The notes below the pieces were generated by a model. It was not told the DNA's origin and did not search any database. It saw only the letters and a program-made list of their open reading frames with translations. A stretch of 64,000 bases of DNA from an uncultured bacterium. Lineage in GTDB: Bacteria > Acidobacteriota > Thermoanaerobaculia > Multivoradales > J023. This document shows, one piece after another, positions 44,537 to 54,065 of this stretch. Both the position numbers and the translations under genes were made by a program. The first letter of the stretch is position 1, and every line of letters begins with the position of its first letter. The stretch covers positions 33-64,032 of the forward strand of contig CALFAM010000329.1 of NCBI GenBank assembly GCA_937948815.1. Direction: 5' to 3'.

Positions 44537-46964
44537 AGGGATCCGTGGTGAACGGTGGGATTGGGGCGGTCCACGCAGACAAGCCCGTTTGCTGGCAGCC
44601 GGCAACGATCTGCAGATCGTAGGTCGTGTCGGACGCGAGACGCAGAACGGCCTGGTTCAGGGTGGTTTGGCGGAATGACCAGTGCTGGGCGCCTTGGGGC
44701 TTGTAGCGCAGCAGATAGTCCGTGTTGTTCAGCCCGCCTTGCCAGACCAGGGAAGCGGTCTGTGAGGTCGTCCCGGTGACCTGGATGGAGTGCGGCGGAT
44801 GGCAGGGTATGAACGAGGGGTCCATCGTGTCCGAGACCCACGTGTCGAAGTTGGCATACCAGGAGTAGCTCGGCGGGTCAGGCTGGGCGAAGGTGATCTC
44901 CGAGCGTGCATCGTCGGCGCTATCGCGCTGGATCCAGCCGTTGACCGGGTAGCCGCTCATCCGCAGGTTGGTGAACGTATTGTCGAGGATCTGGAAGTTC
45001 ATTTCCGCGCCGGGATGCCCGACGAATGGCAGCGGGTTGATCGGATTCGGGTCGACGTACGCCAAGCGATTGCGCGCATCGACGTTCGTCCAATCATTCT
45101 GTGTCGTATAGCGCATGCGGAAGGCTTGCTCGTTGTTCCACAGCGTCAGGTTGTCGATCGCTTGGCGGTTGCGGATCGCGCATCGGCGGTTGCCTCCGCA
45201 CACCCCGACGATGTGCGTTTCGTAGTGGAACGGGATGTCGCGGTACCAGTCCACATTGTCGTGGTTGTTGAAGCGCAGCTTGAAACCGACGAAGCTTCCG
45301 TAGGCCGTGAAGTTGTCGAACTCCAGAATGGGCAGATCAGAGATCACGATTCGTTCGTCGACCTGGCTGTGGTTCCAATAGCGAGGCAGCAAACCGTGGC
45401 CCGCGCCGTAGACCGCGTCGAGATCTTCACGCGGAAAGTAGGAATAGCGGTTGTGGGTGAGACTGCCGTTCTGGAAGGTGTCGGAAATGTCCGGAGCTCC
45501 GGTGGTGAACCAGGTCATGCCGGTACCGTCACAGCCACTGGCAACATTGTCCCGGACGCGCAGGGCTGGACCCTGGAACCAAAATCCGTCGCCCCGGAAA
45601 GCAAAGTCCGACAGCGGTTGTGGGCGTAGCGGGTTCTGGAACACGACCCGAGCCAGCTTGTACTCGCCGTTGCCTGTTCCGCGGATCGCGATGTTCTCGA
45701 AGAAATTGCCCAACTCGTCGCCCAGCTCGGTCACGAAGCCTGCGCCCGCGAAGTCATAGGCAATGTTCCGCTGGAAGTCGACGTGGCTGCTGTGGTTGAC
45801 GAAGCCCCAGCCGATGGTGCCGTCGACCACGGAGCCATAGACCTTGGAAGGCGGGCTGGCTGCGTTTGGCTGCGTGCCGTTGAGGTGGAAATGCAGCGCG
45901 TAGCGGCCACGGCGATTCTGAACGGCCGCGTCGGCGGGCATCATCAGGTTGTAGTCGGTCGGGTTGCCTTGACCATCCCGGATGATGTCGACGATCACGT
46001 CGTCGAGCGGAATGCGCTTGTCGGTTCGGCCAAGGTTCTCGAAACGAACATTCTCGATGTGGACGTCGCCATTGCGCAGCATGACGTGCCCGCGGTCGTG
46101 CGTGGCGGTCGTGGTCTCCGAGCGCAGCACGAGGTTGCGGCTCAGGTTGACGATGTGGAAAGGCTTGCCGTTCACGCCGTAGTGGTCAAACGACAGCTTG
46201 GAGGTGAGGTCGAAGCGGTCGCCGGTAATCGTATCGATCGTCACGCGCTCGTCTTGGGACGATGTGGTCTGGGGGCTGAGCACGCGCTGGAAGTAGGTGC
46301 CGGCGACCACGAGCTCATCGCCCGCTGCCCAGTTGCCATGGGGTGGCTCGAGGAAGAAGGCATCGCTGCCGGCGGGCAAGCCCTGGTCGAAGGCGATCAT
46401 GTGGGTCTTGGGGGCACCGAAGAGTCGCACGGTGCCGTCCGAGATCAGGCCGCGGCTCCGCTGCTTCGCGTCCCAATCGAGGTCGAAACCGCCACTCGAT
46501 GTGAAGACGATCTCGGCGGTGTGATGGGGGGCGACGGGGAATCCGGGCGCGCCGATCATGAAGATCCCGTCGTCGGCTGGGTCGGGGCCGTTGTCGGACA
46601 CGTAGAGCGTTTCGACGAACAGCTGGGTGGTGCCGTGGATGAAGAGGCGAAACTCGCCCGCCACATGGATGAGTCGATGGCGCGCCGGCTCGGGGCGTTG
46701 AATGGTCACCCGGGTGTTGGCGGCGATGAGCACGTCGTCGCCCGTCGCGGGAATCGTCGACACCGTTCCCCAGGTGGCGGGGTTGTGCCAAGCGCCGCTC
46801 TGTACGGAAGTGAATTCATAGATACCGTCTGGCGGCTCGGGGAAATCCTGTGCGGCTGTCGATGCTGGCGCCAAGACAGCGGCGAGCGCAAGCAGACGGG
46901 CGGATGTTCGGGCTGCCTGCGCCAGCATGCGGTGCCGACGCCGGGGTGTTCCAACGTGTCTCAT
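44535..46964 (-). CDS. Secreted large protein, probable parallel beta-helix with C-terminal FN3-like domain
   Basis: Signal-like LLALAAVLAPASTAAQD. Long N/G/D-rich periodic region. C-terminal IQVTGTTSQTASLVWQGG..YLLRYKP...YDLQIVA is FN3-like. The family call is tentative. Confidence 0.7.
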   Translation of the reverse strand: MRHVGTPRRRHRMLAQAARTSARLLALAAVLAPASTAAQDFPEPPDGIYEFTSVQSGAWHNPATWGTVSTIPATGDDVLIAANTRVTIQRPEPARHRLIHVAGEFRLFIHGTTQLFVETLYVSDNGPDPADDGIFMIGAPGFPVAPHHTAEIVFTSSGGFDLDWDAKQRSRGLISDGTVRLFGAPKTHMIAFDQGLPAGSDAFFLEPPHGNWAAGDELVVAGTYFQRVLSPQTTSSQDERVTIDTITGDRFDLTSKLSFDHYGVNGKPFHIVNLSRNLVLRSETTTATHDRGHVMLRNGDVHIENVRFENLGRTDKRIPLDDVIVDIIRDGQGNPTDYNLMMPADAAVQNRRGRYALHFHLNGTQPNAASPPSKVYGSVVDGTIGWGFVNHSSHVDFQRNIAYDFAGAGFVTELGDELGNFFENIAIRGTGNGEYKLARVVFQNPLRPQPLSDFAFRGDGFWFQGPALRVRDNVASGCDGTGMTWFTTGAPDISDTFQNGSLTHNRYSYFPREDLDAVYGAGHGLLPRYWNHSQVDERIVISDLPILEFDNFTAYGSFVGFKLRFNNHDNVDWYRDIPFHYETHIVGVCGGNRRCAIRNRQAIDNLTLWNNEQAFRMRYTTQNDWTNVDARNRLAYVDPNPINPLPFVGHPGAEMNFQILDNTFTNLRMSGYPVNGWIQRDSADDARSEITFAQPDPPSYSWYANFDTWVSDTMDPSFIPCHPPHSIQVTGTTSQTASLVWQGGLNNTDYLLRYKPQGAQHWSFRQTTLNQAVLRLASDTTYDLQIVAGCQQTGLSAWTAPIPPFTTDP

Positions 46965-47237
46965 GATCAGCTCCCTTGAAGTGCTGGTGACGGCGTGTCA
47001 CCCCACCGTCCGTACAGGCGGTGATGCGGGCCGGACCTCCGCTTGCCTGGGCTCGGCTGCTGGATTCCTGTGACGAGGCTGCCGGAACGTGACGTCGTGC
47101 GAGCTGTGAGACGGCCATCCAATCGGGCGAACGGGTTGTGAGGGGACGCGAGGCTGGGGCGGCGGTGTCGGGCGTGCGCTCCGGTTGGACGACGGACCCT
47201 CGGCTTCCGGGTGCTGCCGCTGATATCCTCGCGCGCT

Positions 47238-49163
47238 ATGATCTCGGTCTCCAACCTCGCCAAGTCTTTCGGGCAGCAGACCCTTTTCGAAGGGGTCTCG
47301 ATGCAATTCGATCCGGGCAAGCGCTATGGCCTGGTCGGCGCCAACGGCTCGGGTAAGTCGACCTTCCTGCGGGTGCTCATCGGTGATGATTCGGCCAGCG
47401 ATGGCGCGGTCGCGGTCCCCAAACGCTTGCGCATCGGCGTGCTCAAGCAAGATCACTTTCAGTACGAGGACACGCCGATCATCGAAGTCGCGATGATGGG
47501 TAATGAAGCCGTCTGGGCGGCGATGGAAGAGAAAGAGGAGATTCTCGCCAAAGCCGAAACCGACTTCGATGCCGATCGCTATGCCGAAGTCGAAGAGATC
47601 ATCTTGCGCCACGACGGCTATGCGCTCGAAGCGCGCGCCGGAGAGATCCTCGAAGGTTTGGGCATTCCGACAGCGTCTCATCGACAGCCGCTGTCGACCC
47701 TCTCCGGTGGCTTCAAGCTGCGCGTCCTACTCGGTCAGACGCTGGCCGCGGAGCCGGACGCTTTGCTGCTCGACGAGCCAACCAACCATCTCGACATCCT
47801 GTCGATTCGCTGGCTCGAGACGTTCTTGGTCGATTTCAAGGGTCTGGTGATGGTGATCTCTCACGATCACCGTTTCCTCGACAATGTGTGCACGCACATC
47901 GTTGACGTCGACTACCAGACGATCATGCTCTATCCGGGCAACTACCAGGCGTTCATCAAGGCCAAGGCTGCCGAACGGGAGCGCAAGCAGAGCGAGATCG
48001 GCAAGCGCGAGAAGGAGATCGCGGACCACAAGGCCTTCGTCGAGCGCTTCCGGGCCAAGGCCACCAAGGCTCGGCAGGCCCAGAGTCGCATCAAGGCGAT
48101 CGGGAAGATTCAGATCGACAGCTTGCCCCAGTCGTCACGGCGCTATCCGAACTTCCGATTCGAAGCCTGCCGGCCGAGTGGCAAGGAAGTGCTGGTGACC
48201 AAAGGCGTCTCCAAGGCCTTCGACGACAAGCACGTCCTCGAGAACGTCTCGTTGACCATTCGGCGAGGAGAGCGCGTCGCGATCATCGGTCCCAACGGGA
48301 TCGGCAAGTCCACCCTGCTCAAGATCGTCATGGACGAGCTGAAGCCCGACAGTGGTGAAACCGAGTGGGGGTACGAGGCACACCCCGGCTACTTCCCCCA
48401 GGATCACAAAGCCCAACTCGGCAATCCGCGCGCTTCGGTCGAGAGCTGGCTCTGGGATGTTTGCCCTGCCGAGCCCATCGGCTTCGTGCGCGGCCGGCTG
48501 GGCTGGGTGCTGTTCTCGGGCGACGAAGTCGAGAAAAAGGTCGGTAGCCTGTCGGGCGGCGAGGCGGCGAGATTGGTCTTTGCCAAGCTCGGTGTGCTCA
48601 AGCCGAACGTGCTGGTGCTCGACGAGCCGACCAACCATCTGGATCTCGAAGCGATCGAGGCACTGGTCGAAGGCCTGCGGTCCTTCGACGGCTCGCTGAT
48701 CTTCGTCTCGCACGATCGCTGGTTCGTCCAGCAGCTTGCCGACCGCATCGTGGAGATCACGCCGTCGGGCATCCGAGATCACCAGGGCACCTATGAGGAG
48801 TACGTCGAGCGCTGTGGCGACGATCACCTCGACGTGCAGCAGGCGCTCCTGCGCTCGCGCAAAGAGAAACGCAAAGACAAGTCGCGCGGCGCCAAGAGTG
48901 GCGGCGAGGACGAGAAAGCGCGCCTGCGGCGACGCGATCGCTTGCGCAAACGGCGCAACGACGTGACGGCCGAGATCGATGCCGCGGAGAAGCGCATCGG
49001 TGAAATCAACGAGAAGTTCTGCGATCCTGGGTTCTACGATCGCTCACCGGCCGCCGAGGTGCGGCGTCTCGAGGCCGAGCAGAAACGGTTGGGCGAGAAG
49101 GTCGAGACCAGCATGGCCGAGTGGGAGTCGATCGAAGCCGAGCTCGCTGAGATGGAGTCGTAG
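47238..49163 (+). CDS. ABC-F family ATPase (two ABC cassettes, no TM domain)
   Basis: Walker A GANGSGKST and GPNGIGKST. Signatures LSGGFKLR and LSGGEAAR. Charged coiled-coil C-terminus. Confidence 0.9.
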   Translation: MISVSNLAKSFGQQTLFEGVSMQFDPGKRYGLVGANGSGKSTFLRVLIGDDSASDGAVAVPKRLRIGVLKQDHFQYEDTPIIEVAMMGNEAVWAAMEEKEEILAKAETDFDADRYAEVEEIILRHDGYALEARAGEILEGLGIPTASHRQPLSTLSGGFKLRVLLGQTLAAEPDALLLDEPTNHLDILSIRWLETFLVDFKGLVMVISHDHRFLDNVCTHIVDVDYQTIMLYPGNYQAFIKAKAAERERKQSEIGKREKEIADHKAFVERFRAKATKARQAQSRIKAIGKIQIDSLPQSSRRYPNFRFEACRPSGKEVLVTKGVSKAFDDKHVLENVSLTIRRGERVAIIGPNGIGKSTLLKIVMDELKPDSGETEWGYEAHPGYFPQDHKAQLGNPRASVESWLWDVCPAEPIGFVRGRLGWVLFSGDEVEKKVGSLSGGEAARLVFAKLGVLKPNVLVLDEPTNHLDLEAIEALVEGLRSFDGSLIFVSHDRWFVQQLADRIVEITPSGIRDHQGTYEEYVERCGDDHLDVQQALLRSRKEKRKDKSRGAKSGGEDEKARLRRRDRLRKRRNDVTAEIDAAEKRIGEINEKFCDPGFYDRSPAAEVRRLEAEQKRLGEKVETSMAEWESIEAELAEMES

Positions 49164-49262
49164 ACGCCAGTCCCCCACCGGGGTGCAACGCGAGCACGGC
49201 CCGCGCCGTATGATCAGTTGCGGCGCATCGCGCTCTTGCGGTGTGCTCGATCAGGAGCCCGC

Positions 49263-50048
49263 ATGGACCGAACCGGCGTATCACCGGCTGTCATCTTCAT
49301 TATCTTGTTGATCGTCGCTTCGTTGGCGGTTGGTGGCTATTTCTGGTTCCGTCAGCAGCCGTCGATCCCGACGACGCCAGCGGCGGCGGCCACGTCTGCC
49401 GATTCGCCGTCGCCGACGGCCGCCACGCCGACCCCCGCGCCGCCGCAGGAGTTGCTGCCGACCCTCGATCAGAGTGATGGCCTGGTTCGGACGGTGGTGA
49501 GCGAGCTCACCTCCCACCCAAGACTGCTCTCCTGGGTTGTCTCTGACGAAGATCTGACCCGCACGTTCGTCGCCGGTGTCGAGCGTGTGGCCCAAGGCAA
49601 GAGTCCGCGCTCACAGATGGCGGCATTGGCACCGGAGGGGGTTTTTCAAGCCCAGGCTGACGGTGATGGCGGGTTGTTCGCGATGGCGGCCAGCTATGCG
49701 CGCTACGACCTGATCGCGAACATGGTCAGCGCCATCGACACCGAAAGTGCGGCCCTCGCCTACCGTCGCTTGCGCCCGCTGTTCAACGAGGCCTACCGCG
49801 AAATCGGTCCGCAGGGCACCGACTTCGACCGTGCTCTCGGGCGCGCGATCGCCTCGCTGCAGCAGGTCCCAGTCATCGAGTCACCAGAGCTCGAAGCGAC
49901 AGTCGAAGGCTATCGGTACCGCAATCCCGAGCTCGAAGCGTTGACCCCCGCGCAGAAGCACTTGCTGCGCATGGGGGCGCCCAACGTTCGCCAGGTGCAG
50001 GCCAAGCTGGCCGAGATCGCTGCCGCGATCGGGCTGCCGACCCAATAG
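49263..50048 (+). CDS. Membrane-anchored hypothetical protein (possibly DUF3014-like)
   Basis: ATG 49263. TM VIFIILLIVASLAVGGYFWF, then a Pro/Ala linker and a globular domain. The family name is from memory only. Confidence 0.6.
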   Translation: MDRTGVSPAVIFIILLIVASLAVGGYFWFRQQPSIPTTPAAAATSADSPSPTAATPTPAPPQELLPTLDQSDGLVRTVVSELTSHPRLLSWVVSDEDLTRTFVAGVERVAQGKSPRSQMAALAPEGVFQAQADGDGGLFAMAASYARYDLIANMVSAIDTESAALAYRRLRPLFNEAYREIGPQGTDFDRALGRAIASLQQVPVIESPELEATVEGYRYRNPELEALTPAQKHLLRMGAPNVRQVQAKLAEIAAAIGLPTQ

Positions 50049-50052
50049 GTCA

Positions 50053-50089
50053 CGACAAAAGCAAAACGGCCGGCGCAGGGCCGGCCGTT
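50053..50089 (-). terminator. Terminator hairpin AACGGCCGG-N7-CCGGCCGTT with a U-rich tail on the minus strand
   Basis: Hairpin at 50065-50089. On the minus strand it is followed by TTTGCTTTTGT. It lies 29 nt after the stop at 50118. Confidence 0.65.
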
Positions 50090-50117
50090 CAGATCCTCGC
50101 GGGAGGAAGCGCTCAGG

Positions 50118-51872
50118 CTAGCTCGAAGAGGACTTCTGGTTGCCTTGCAGCTTGGCGAACGCGGAGGCCATGGCGCCGAGACCGGTCGACGTGGTCTGTC
50201 GCGACTGCTTCTTGAAGTCGCGGTAGTCGGCGTCTGTTCCGACCGCCTTGGACGTCTCGGTACCGAGGGAGATGCGCTTCCGGCCGGTGTCGATCGACAG
50301 GACCTTCACCGATACCTGCTTGCCCGCGTGGTACTGGCGCTTGAAGTTCATCCCGCCTCCCCCGCCGCCGCCTTCACCCCGCAGCTCGGAGAACGGAAGC
50401 AGGCCGGTGAGACCGGGTTCGAGCTCGATGAAGGCACCGAAGTCCGCGACGCGCTCGACGGTTGCTTGCACCACGTCACCAATCGGGAAGCGCTCTTCGA
50501 CACCGTCCCAGACCTTGGCGTTGGGCACGGGACGCAGCGACAGGCCGAGGCGGCGACGACGCGGCTCGGTCTCTTGGACCCAACCTTCGATCTTGTTGCC
50601 CTCGGCCAGGCTCTCGTCCTCCATCGTCTTGCCGTGGGGCAAGCGGGACGTATGTACGAGACCCTCGATGCCGGGCTCGACCTCGACGAAGAGGCCGAAG
50701 TCGGTCTTGCGGCGAATCGTGCCGGTGAACGGCGAGCCAGCGGGCAGACGTTCGTTCAGGGTCTTCCAGGGGTCGGCCTCGAGACGCTTCATCGAGAGCG
50801 AAATGCGTTCGCCACCCTTCTCGACCTTCAGCACCTTGACTTTGACTTCCTGGCCGACCGAGACGAGCTCCCGAGGATTCTCGACCCGGCGCCGGCTCAG
50901 CTCTGACACATGGACCAAACCTTCGATGCCGTCGGCGATGCGCACGAAAGCACCGAAATCGGTCAGCGAGCGCACCTTGCCTTCGAAAACCGCGCCGACC
51001 TTGACGGTCTCGCGCACCTTGGCGGCTTTGTCTTTGCGCTCCGACTTGAGGGCATCGGCACGCGAGACGACGACTCGCCGACCGTCCTTGGCCACGTCGA
51101 TGACCACGAACTTGAAGGTACGATCGACGTAGCGCTTGGGCGCCCGTGGGCTACCGGTCTCGATCTGAGAGACGGGGCAGAAGGCCGCGATTTGGCCGAG
51201 CGCGACGTGGTAGCCGCCCTTGTTCCAGCCGATGACCTTGCCTTCGATCGGCGCCTTGGTCTCCATGGCGACGACGAGCGGTGCCAGCACGGGATCGAGC
51301 GCGGGGTCGACGACGGCCTCGTTCGCACCCTCCGGCTTGGGCTGCACGCCGCCTTCTTCAGCCGAAGCTGCGGCATCAGCCTTCGAATCCGATGCGGCCG
51401 CGTCGACCTTCTCTTTCGCGTCGGCCTTCTCTTTCGCGTCAGCCGGTTTTGCGTCAGCCTTCTCTTTCGAATCGGCCTTCGCTTCTACGTCCGCGGGCTC
51501 GGAGGCCTCGGTCGTCTCGTCAGCCGGCTTGGCGTCTGCGGGCTCGGAAGCCTGGGCCTCGGGCGCCTTCTCCTCGGAAGCCTCTGCCTCAGTTGGAGGC
51601 GCTTCGCTCGCAGCCGGCGTTTCTTGTGCCGCAGCTTCGGCTGGCTCCGCGGGCGGCTCGGCCGTGCTGTCGGCCGGCGCGGACTCCGCGCTTGCCTCGG
51701 CTCCACTGTCAGACGCACTGGCGTCTGCGGTGGGCTCGGTATCGGCCGCCTGGTTGGCGCCGTCCGCGGCCTGGGTATCGGCAGCAGAAGTCTTGTTGGC
51801 TTCGGTCGCGTCGCCAGCGTCGGGCGCGGCTGACGTCGTTTCCGGTTCGGGTGTAGTCGAGGAATCGGACAT
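50118..51872 (-). CDS. S1 RNA-binding domain protein (ribosomal protein S1-like, four S1 domains) with a long acidic N-terminal extension
   Basis: Four S1 motifs (GKVIGWNKGGYHV, GKVRSLTDFGAFVRI, GTIRRKTDFGLFVEV, ATVERVADFGAFIEL). The first 190 aa or so are Ala/Glu/Asp/Lys-rich low complexity. Confidence 0.8.
   Translation of the reverse strand: MSDSSTTPEPETTSAAPDAGDATEANKTSAADTQAADGANQAADTEPTADASASDSGAEASAESAPADSTAEPPAEPAEAAAQETPAASEAPPTEAEASEEKAPEAQASEPADAKPADETTEASEPADVEAKADSKEKADAKPADAKEKADAKEKVDAAASDSKADAAASAEEGGVQPKPEGANEAVVDPALDPVLAPLVVAMETKAPIEGKVIGWNKGGYHVALGQIAAFCPVSQIETGSPRAPKRYVDRTFKFVVIDVAKDGRRVVVSRADALKSERKDKAAKVRETVKVGAVFEGKVRSLTDFGAFVRIADGIEGLVHVSELSRRRVENPRELVSVGQEVKVKVLKVEKGGERISLSMKRLEADPWKTLNERLPAGSPFTGTIRRKTDFGLFVEVEPGIEGLVHTSRLPHGKTMEDESLAEGNKIEGWVQETEPRRRRLGLSLRPVPNAKVWDGVEERFPIGDVVQATVERVADFGAFIELEPGLTGLLPFSELRGEGGGGGGGMNFKRQYHAGKQVSVKVLSIDTGRKRISLGTETSKAVGTDADYRDFKKQSRQTTSTGLGAMASAFAKLQGNQKSSSS
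51400..51485. repeat. Imperfect 18-bp tandem repeats (GCGTCGRCCTTCTCTTTC)
   Basis: Encodes KEKADA/KEKVDA repeats within the N-terminal extension of the S1-domain protein. Confidence 0.85.
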
Positions 51873-52091
51873 GGCAATAGCTCCCGTGATTCGGGTCGCG
51901 CTTGGAAGGACGGGATTCGATGCCGGCGGGCGCCGGAGCTGCTTAGCTTATAGCAGATCGTTGGCGAGATACAGCCCATTGGCTGCTGCAGGTGTCGAAA
52001 TCACCGTGGTAGCGTCGCCAGCCTTCTGGCGCGGCGCGTCGAACGTGCCTCGCAACCGCATTTGCACCCTTCTGCCCACCCGACGAACACC

Positions 52092-53408
52092 ATGAGACAG
52101 GTCGAGCTCGCGCGATTTTGGCTGCCCCTCTATGCCAGCTGGCTCCTCATGATGATCGAAGGGCCGCTGGTCAGCGCGGCCATCAATCGGCTGCCGGACG
52201 AAGTCACCATGCTCGCTGCCCTGGGCATCGTCTTTGGGCTGGCGGTGTTCATCGAAAGTCCGATCATCAACCTGATGGCGACGGCCACGGCCTTGGTGAA
52301 TGATCGGCAGTCTTATCGGCAGACTCGATGGTTCGTACTGCATTGGATGCTGCTGCTCTCCGCCGTCTCCGCCGTCGTCGCGTGCACGCCTCTCTTCGAC
52401 TGGATCGTGCGCGACGCCATGCAGGCACCCGCGGACGTGGCCCAGCGGGTCCGTACCGGCATGATCATCATGATTCCGTGGAGCGCGGCGATTGCCTGGC
52501 GACGGTTCTTGCAGGGTGTGCTGATCGGTGCCGGCCGATCACGACCGATTGCGGTAGGCACTGCATTGCGGCTGGCGCTGTCGGCTGGATGCGCCTTCTC
52601 GCTCGGTGTGTGGTCGGGCTTGTCGGGGATCGAGGTAGGCGTTTACGCGCTGATGGTCGGTGTGGTGGCGGAAGCGTTGTTCGCCTCGCTTGCGGCCCGT
52701 CCGGTGATCCGGGGTCTGTCGGAGGCTGCCTCTTCCGAGCCTCTTTCCTACCGGGCGCTGCTCTCGTTCCACCTGCCCTTGGCCTCGACTAGCATGTTGA
52801 CGCTGGTGGCGCAGCCGTTGGTATTCGTGGTGCTCACCCGGCTCGACCGTGCGTCCGTGTCGCTGGCCGCCTGGTCGCTGGTCTTCCAGCTCACCTTATT
52901 GGTCCGGTCGGCCGGATTCGCCCTGCCCGAGATGGTGATCGCGCTGGATCGGGACGCCACGACCGCACGCGCGCTGCGCCGATTCAGCTTGATGCTGGCG
53001 GCGGCGACCTTTGCGATCATGTTGGTCTTCCTCGCCGAGCCAGTCGCTGACTTCTACCTTCAGACCTTGCAGAGTGCGACCCCCGAAGTCGCAGCCCTGG
53101 CCCGCATCGGTGTGCTGCTACTGATTCCGCTGCCCCCTGCCGTGGTCATGATCTGCTGGCTGCGAGGCCGATTGATGCAGCGGCGTGAAACCAAGAAGGT
53201 CAATGGCGCGATTCTCTGGCGCATCGGCGTCTTCGTCCCGGTGCTTGCCGGCGGACTGCTGTGGGGCTGGCCAGGTTTGGTAACCGCAACCTGCGCGCTG
53301 GACCTCTCGGTGTTCGCCGAGCTGACCTATCTCCTACTCGCCACCCGCCGCTCCGGTCGCGAGCCGATCGCACCACGGGCCTCCCCGCAGACCTCCCCGG
53401 CTGCTTGA
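52092..53408 (+). CDS. Polytopic membrane protein, MOP/MATE-flippase-like
   Basis: About 12-14 hydrophobic spans. The N-terminal pattern WLPLYASWLLMMIEGPLVSAAINRLP resembles MOP-superfamily exporters. The family call is tentative. Confidence 0.6.
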   Translation: MRQVELARFWLPLYASWLLMMIEGPLVSAAINRLPDEVTMLAALGIVFGLAVFIESPIINLMATATALVNDRQSYRQTRWFVLHWMLLLSAVSAVVACTPLFDWIVRDAMQAPADVAQRVRTGMIIMIPWSAAIAWRRFLQGVLIGAGRSRPIAVGTALRLALSAGCAFSLGVWSGLSGIEVGVYALMVGVVAEALFASLAARPVIRGLSEAASSEPLSYRALLSFHLPLASTSMLTLVAQPLVFVVLTRLDRASVSLAAWSLVFQLTLLVRSAGFALPEMVIALDRDATTARALRRFSLMLAAATFAIMLVFLAEPVADFYLQTLQSATPEVAALARIGVLLLIPLPPAVVMICWLRGRLMQRRETKKVNGAILWRIGVFVPVLAGGLLWGWPGLVTATCALDLSVFAELTYLLLATRRSGREPIAPRASPQTSPAA

Positions 53409-53601
53409 AGCGCTGGCCAGCGTCGGCAGGCACCCGCGGGGCCCGGTGCCTCGTTCTTGCCATCCGATGCCACCGAGTGGCCGCAGGCGTGCTGCGCCGC
53501 GGTCGGATCCGATCGCCATCCTCCAGCTTCGTCACACCCTACTGAGCCTCTCGCCCGTCGTCCGCCAGCTTGAGGCGCAGAGAAATCAATGGAGATCGAG
53601 G

Positions 53602-54057
53602 ATGGGAACACGTGGTGAAGAACGACTCGTCGCGGGAGGCTGGGCCGTTCTCTGTGCCGGCCTGATGGCCGAGGTTGGGATTCAGATTCTGTTTAGCAAG
53701 GGTGATGTGCCTTGGGTGGCTCGCGCTGCAGCGATGTCGATTGCGTTTCTGGTTGGCATCGGTCTCTCCCGGCGCCTCTGGCTGGCGGCACGCGCGACAT
53801 CGTATTGGCGCGGTGCGCTCTGGGGAACCGTTGGTTCGTTGTTCACCGCGCACGCTGGGACGCTCTTGTACGTTGTGGTCGGTACTCTTCTCGAAGGTGG
53901 CTGGTCGCGCTTCGACGACGATCTTCTCGAGATCGTCGTCTCCATGCTGGCGGCACCGACGGTCCTCGGTTGGTGGCTGGTCGTGCCGTCGGGGGTGATT
54001 GCCGGCTGTGTCTTCGTGGCGATCTTTCCGCGTCGCACGGAGCTGGTTTTGGAATAA
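53602..54057 (+). CDS. Small four-TM membrane protein
   Basis: GGAGA at 53591-53595 before ATG 53602. Hydrophobic spans throughout. Confidence 0.5.
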   Translation: MGTRGEERLVAGGWAVLCAGLMAEVGIQILFSKGDVPWVARAAAMSIAFLVGIGLSRRLWLAARATSYWRGALWGTVGSLFTAHAGTLLYVVVGTLLEGGWSRFDDDLLEIVVSMLAAPTVLGWWLVVPSGVIAGCVFVAIFPRRTELVLE

Positions 54058-54065
54058 TCCCGGGC

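Noticed and set aside
46998-47681. 227-aa minus-strand ORF spanning the divergent region and the 5' end of the ABC-F gene.
   Set aside because: It is antisense to a gene with unambiguous Walker A and signature motifs, and it has no motifs of its own.
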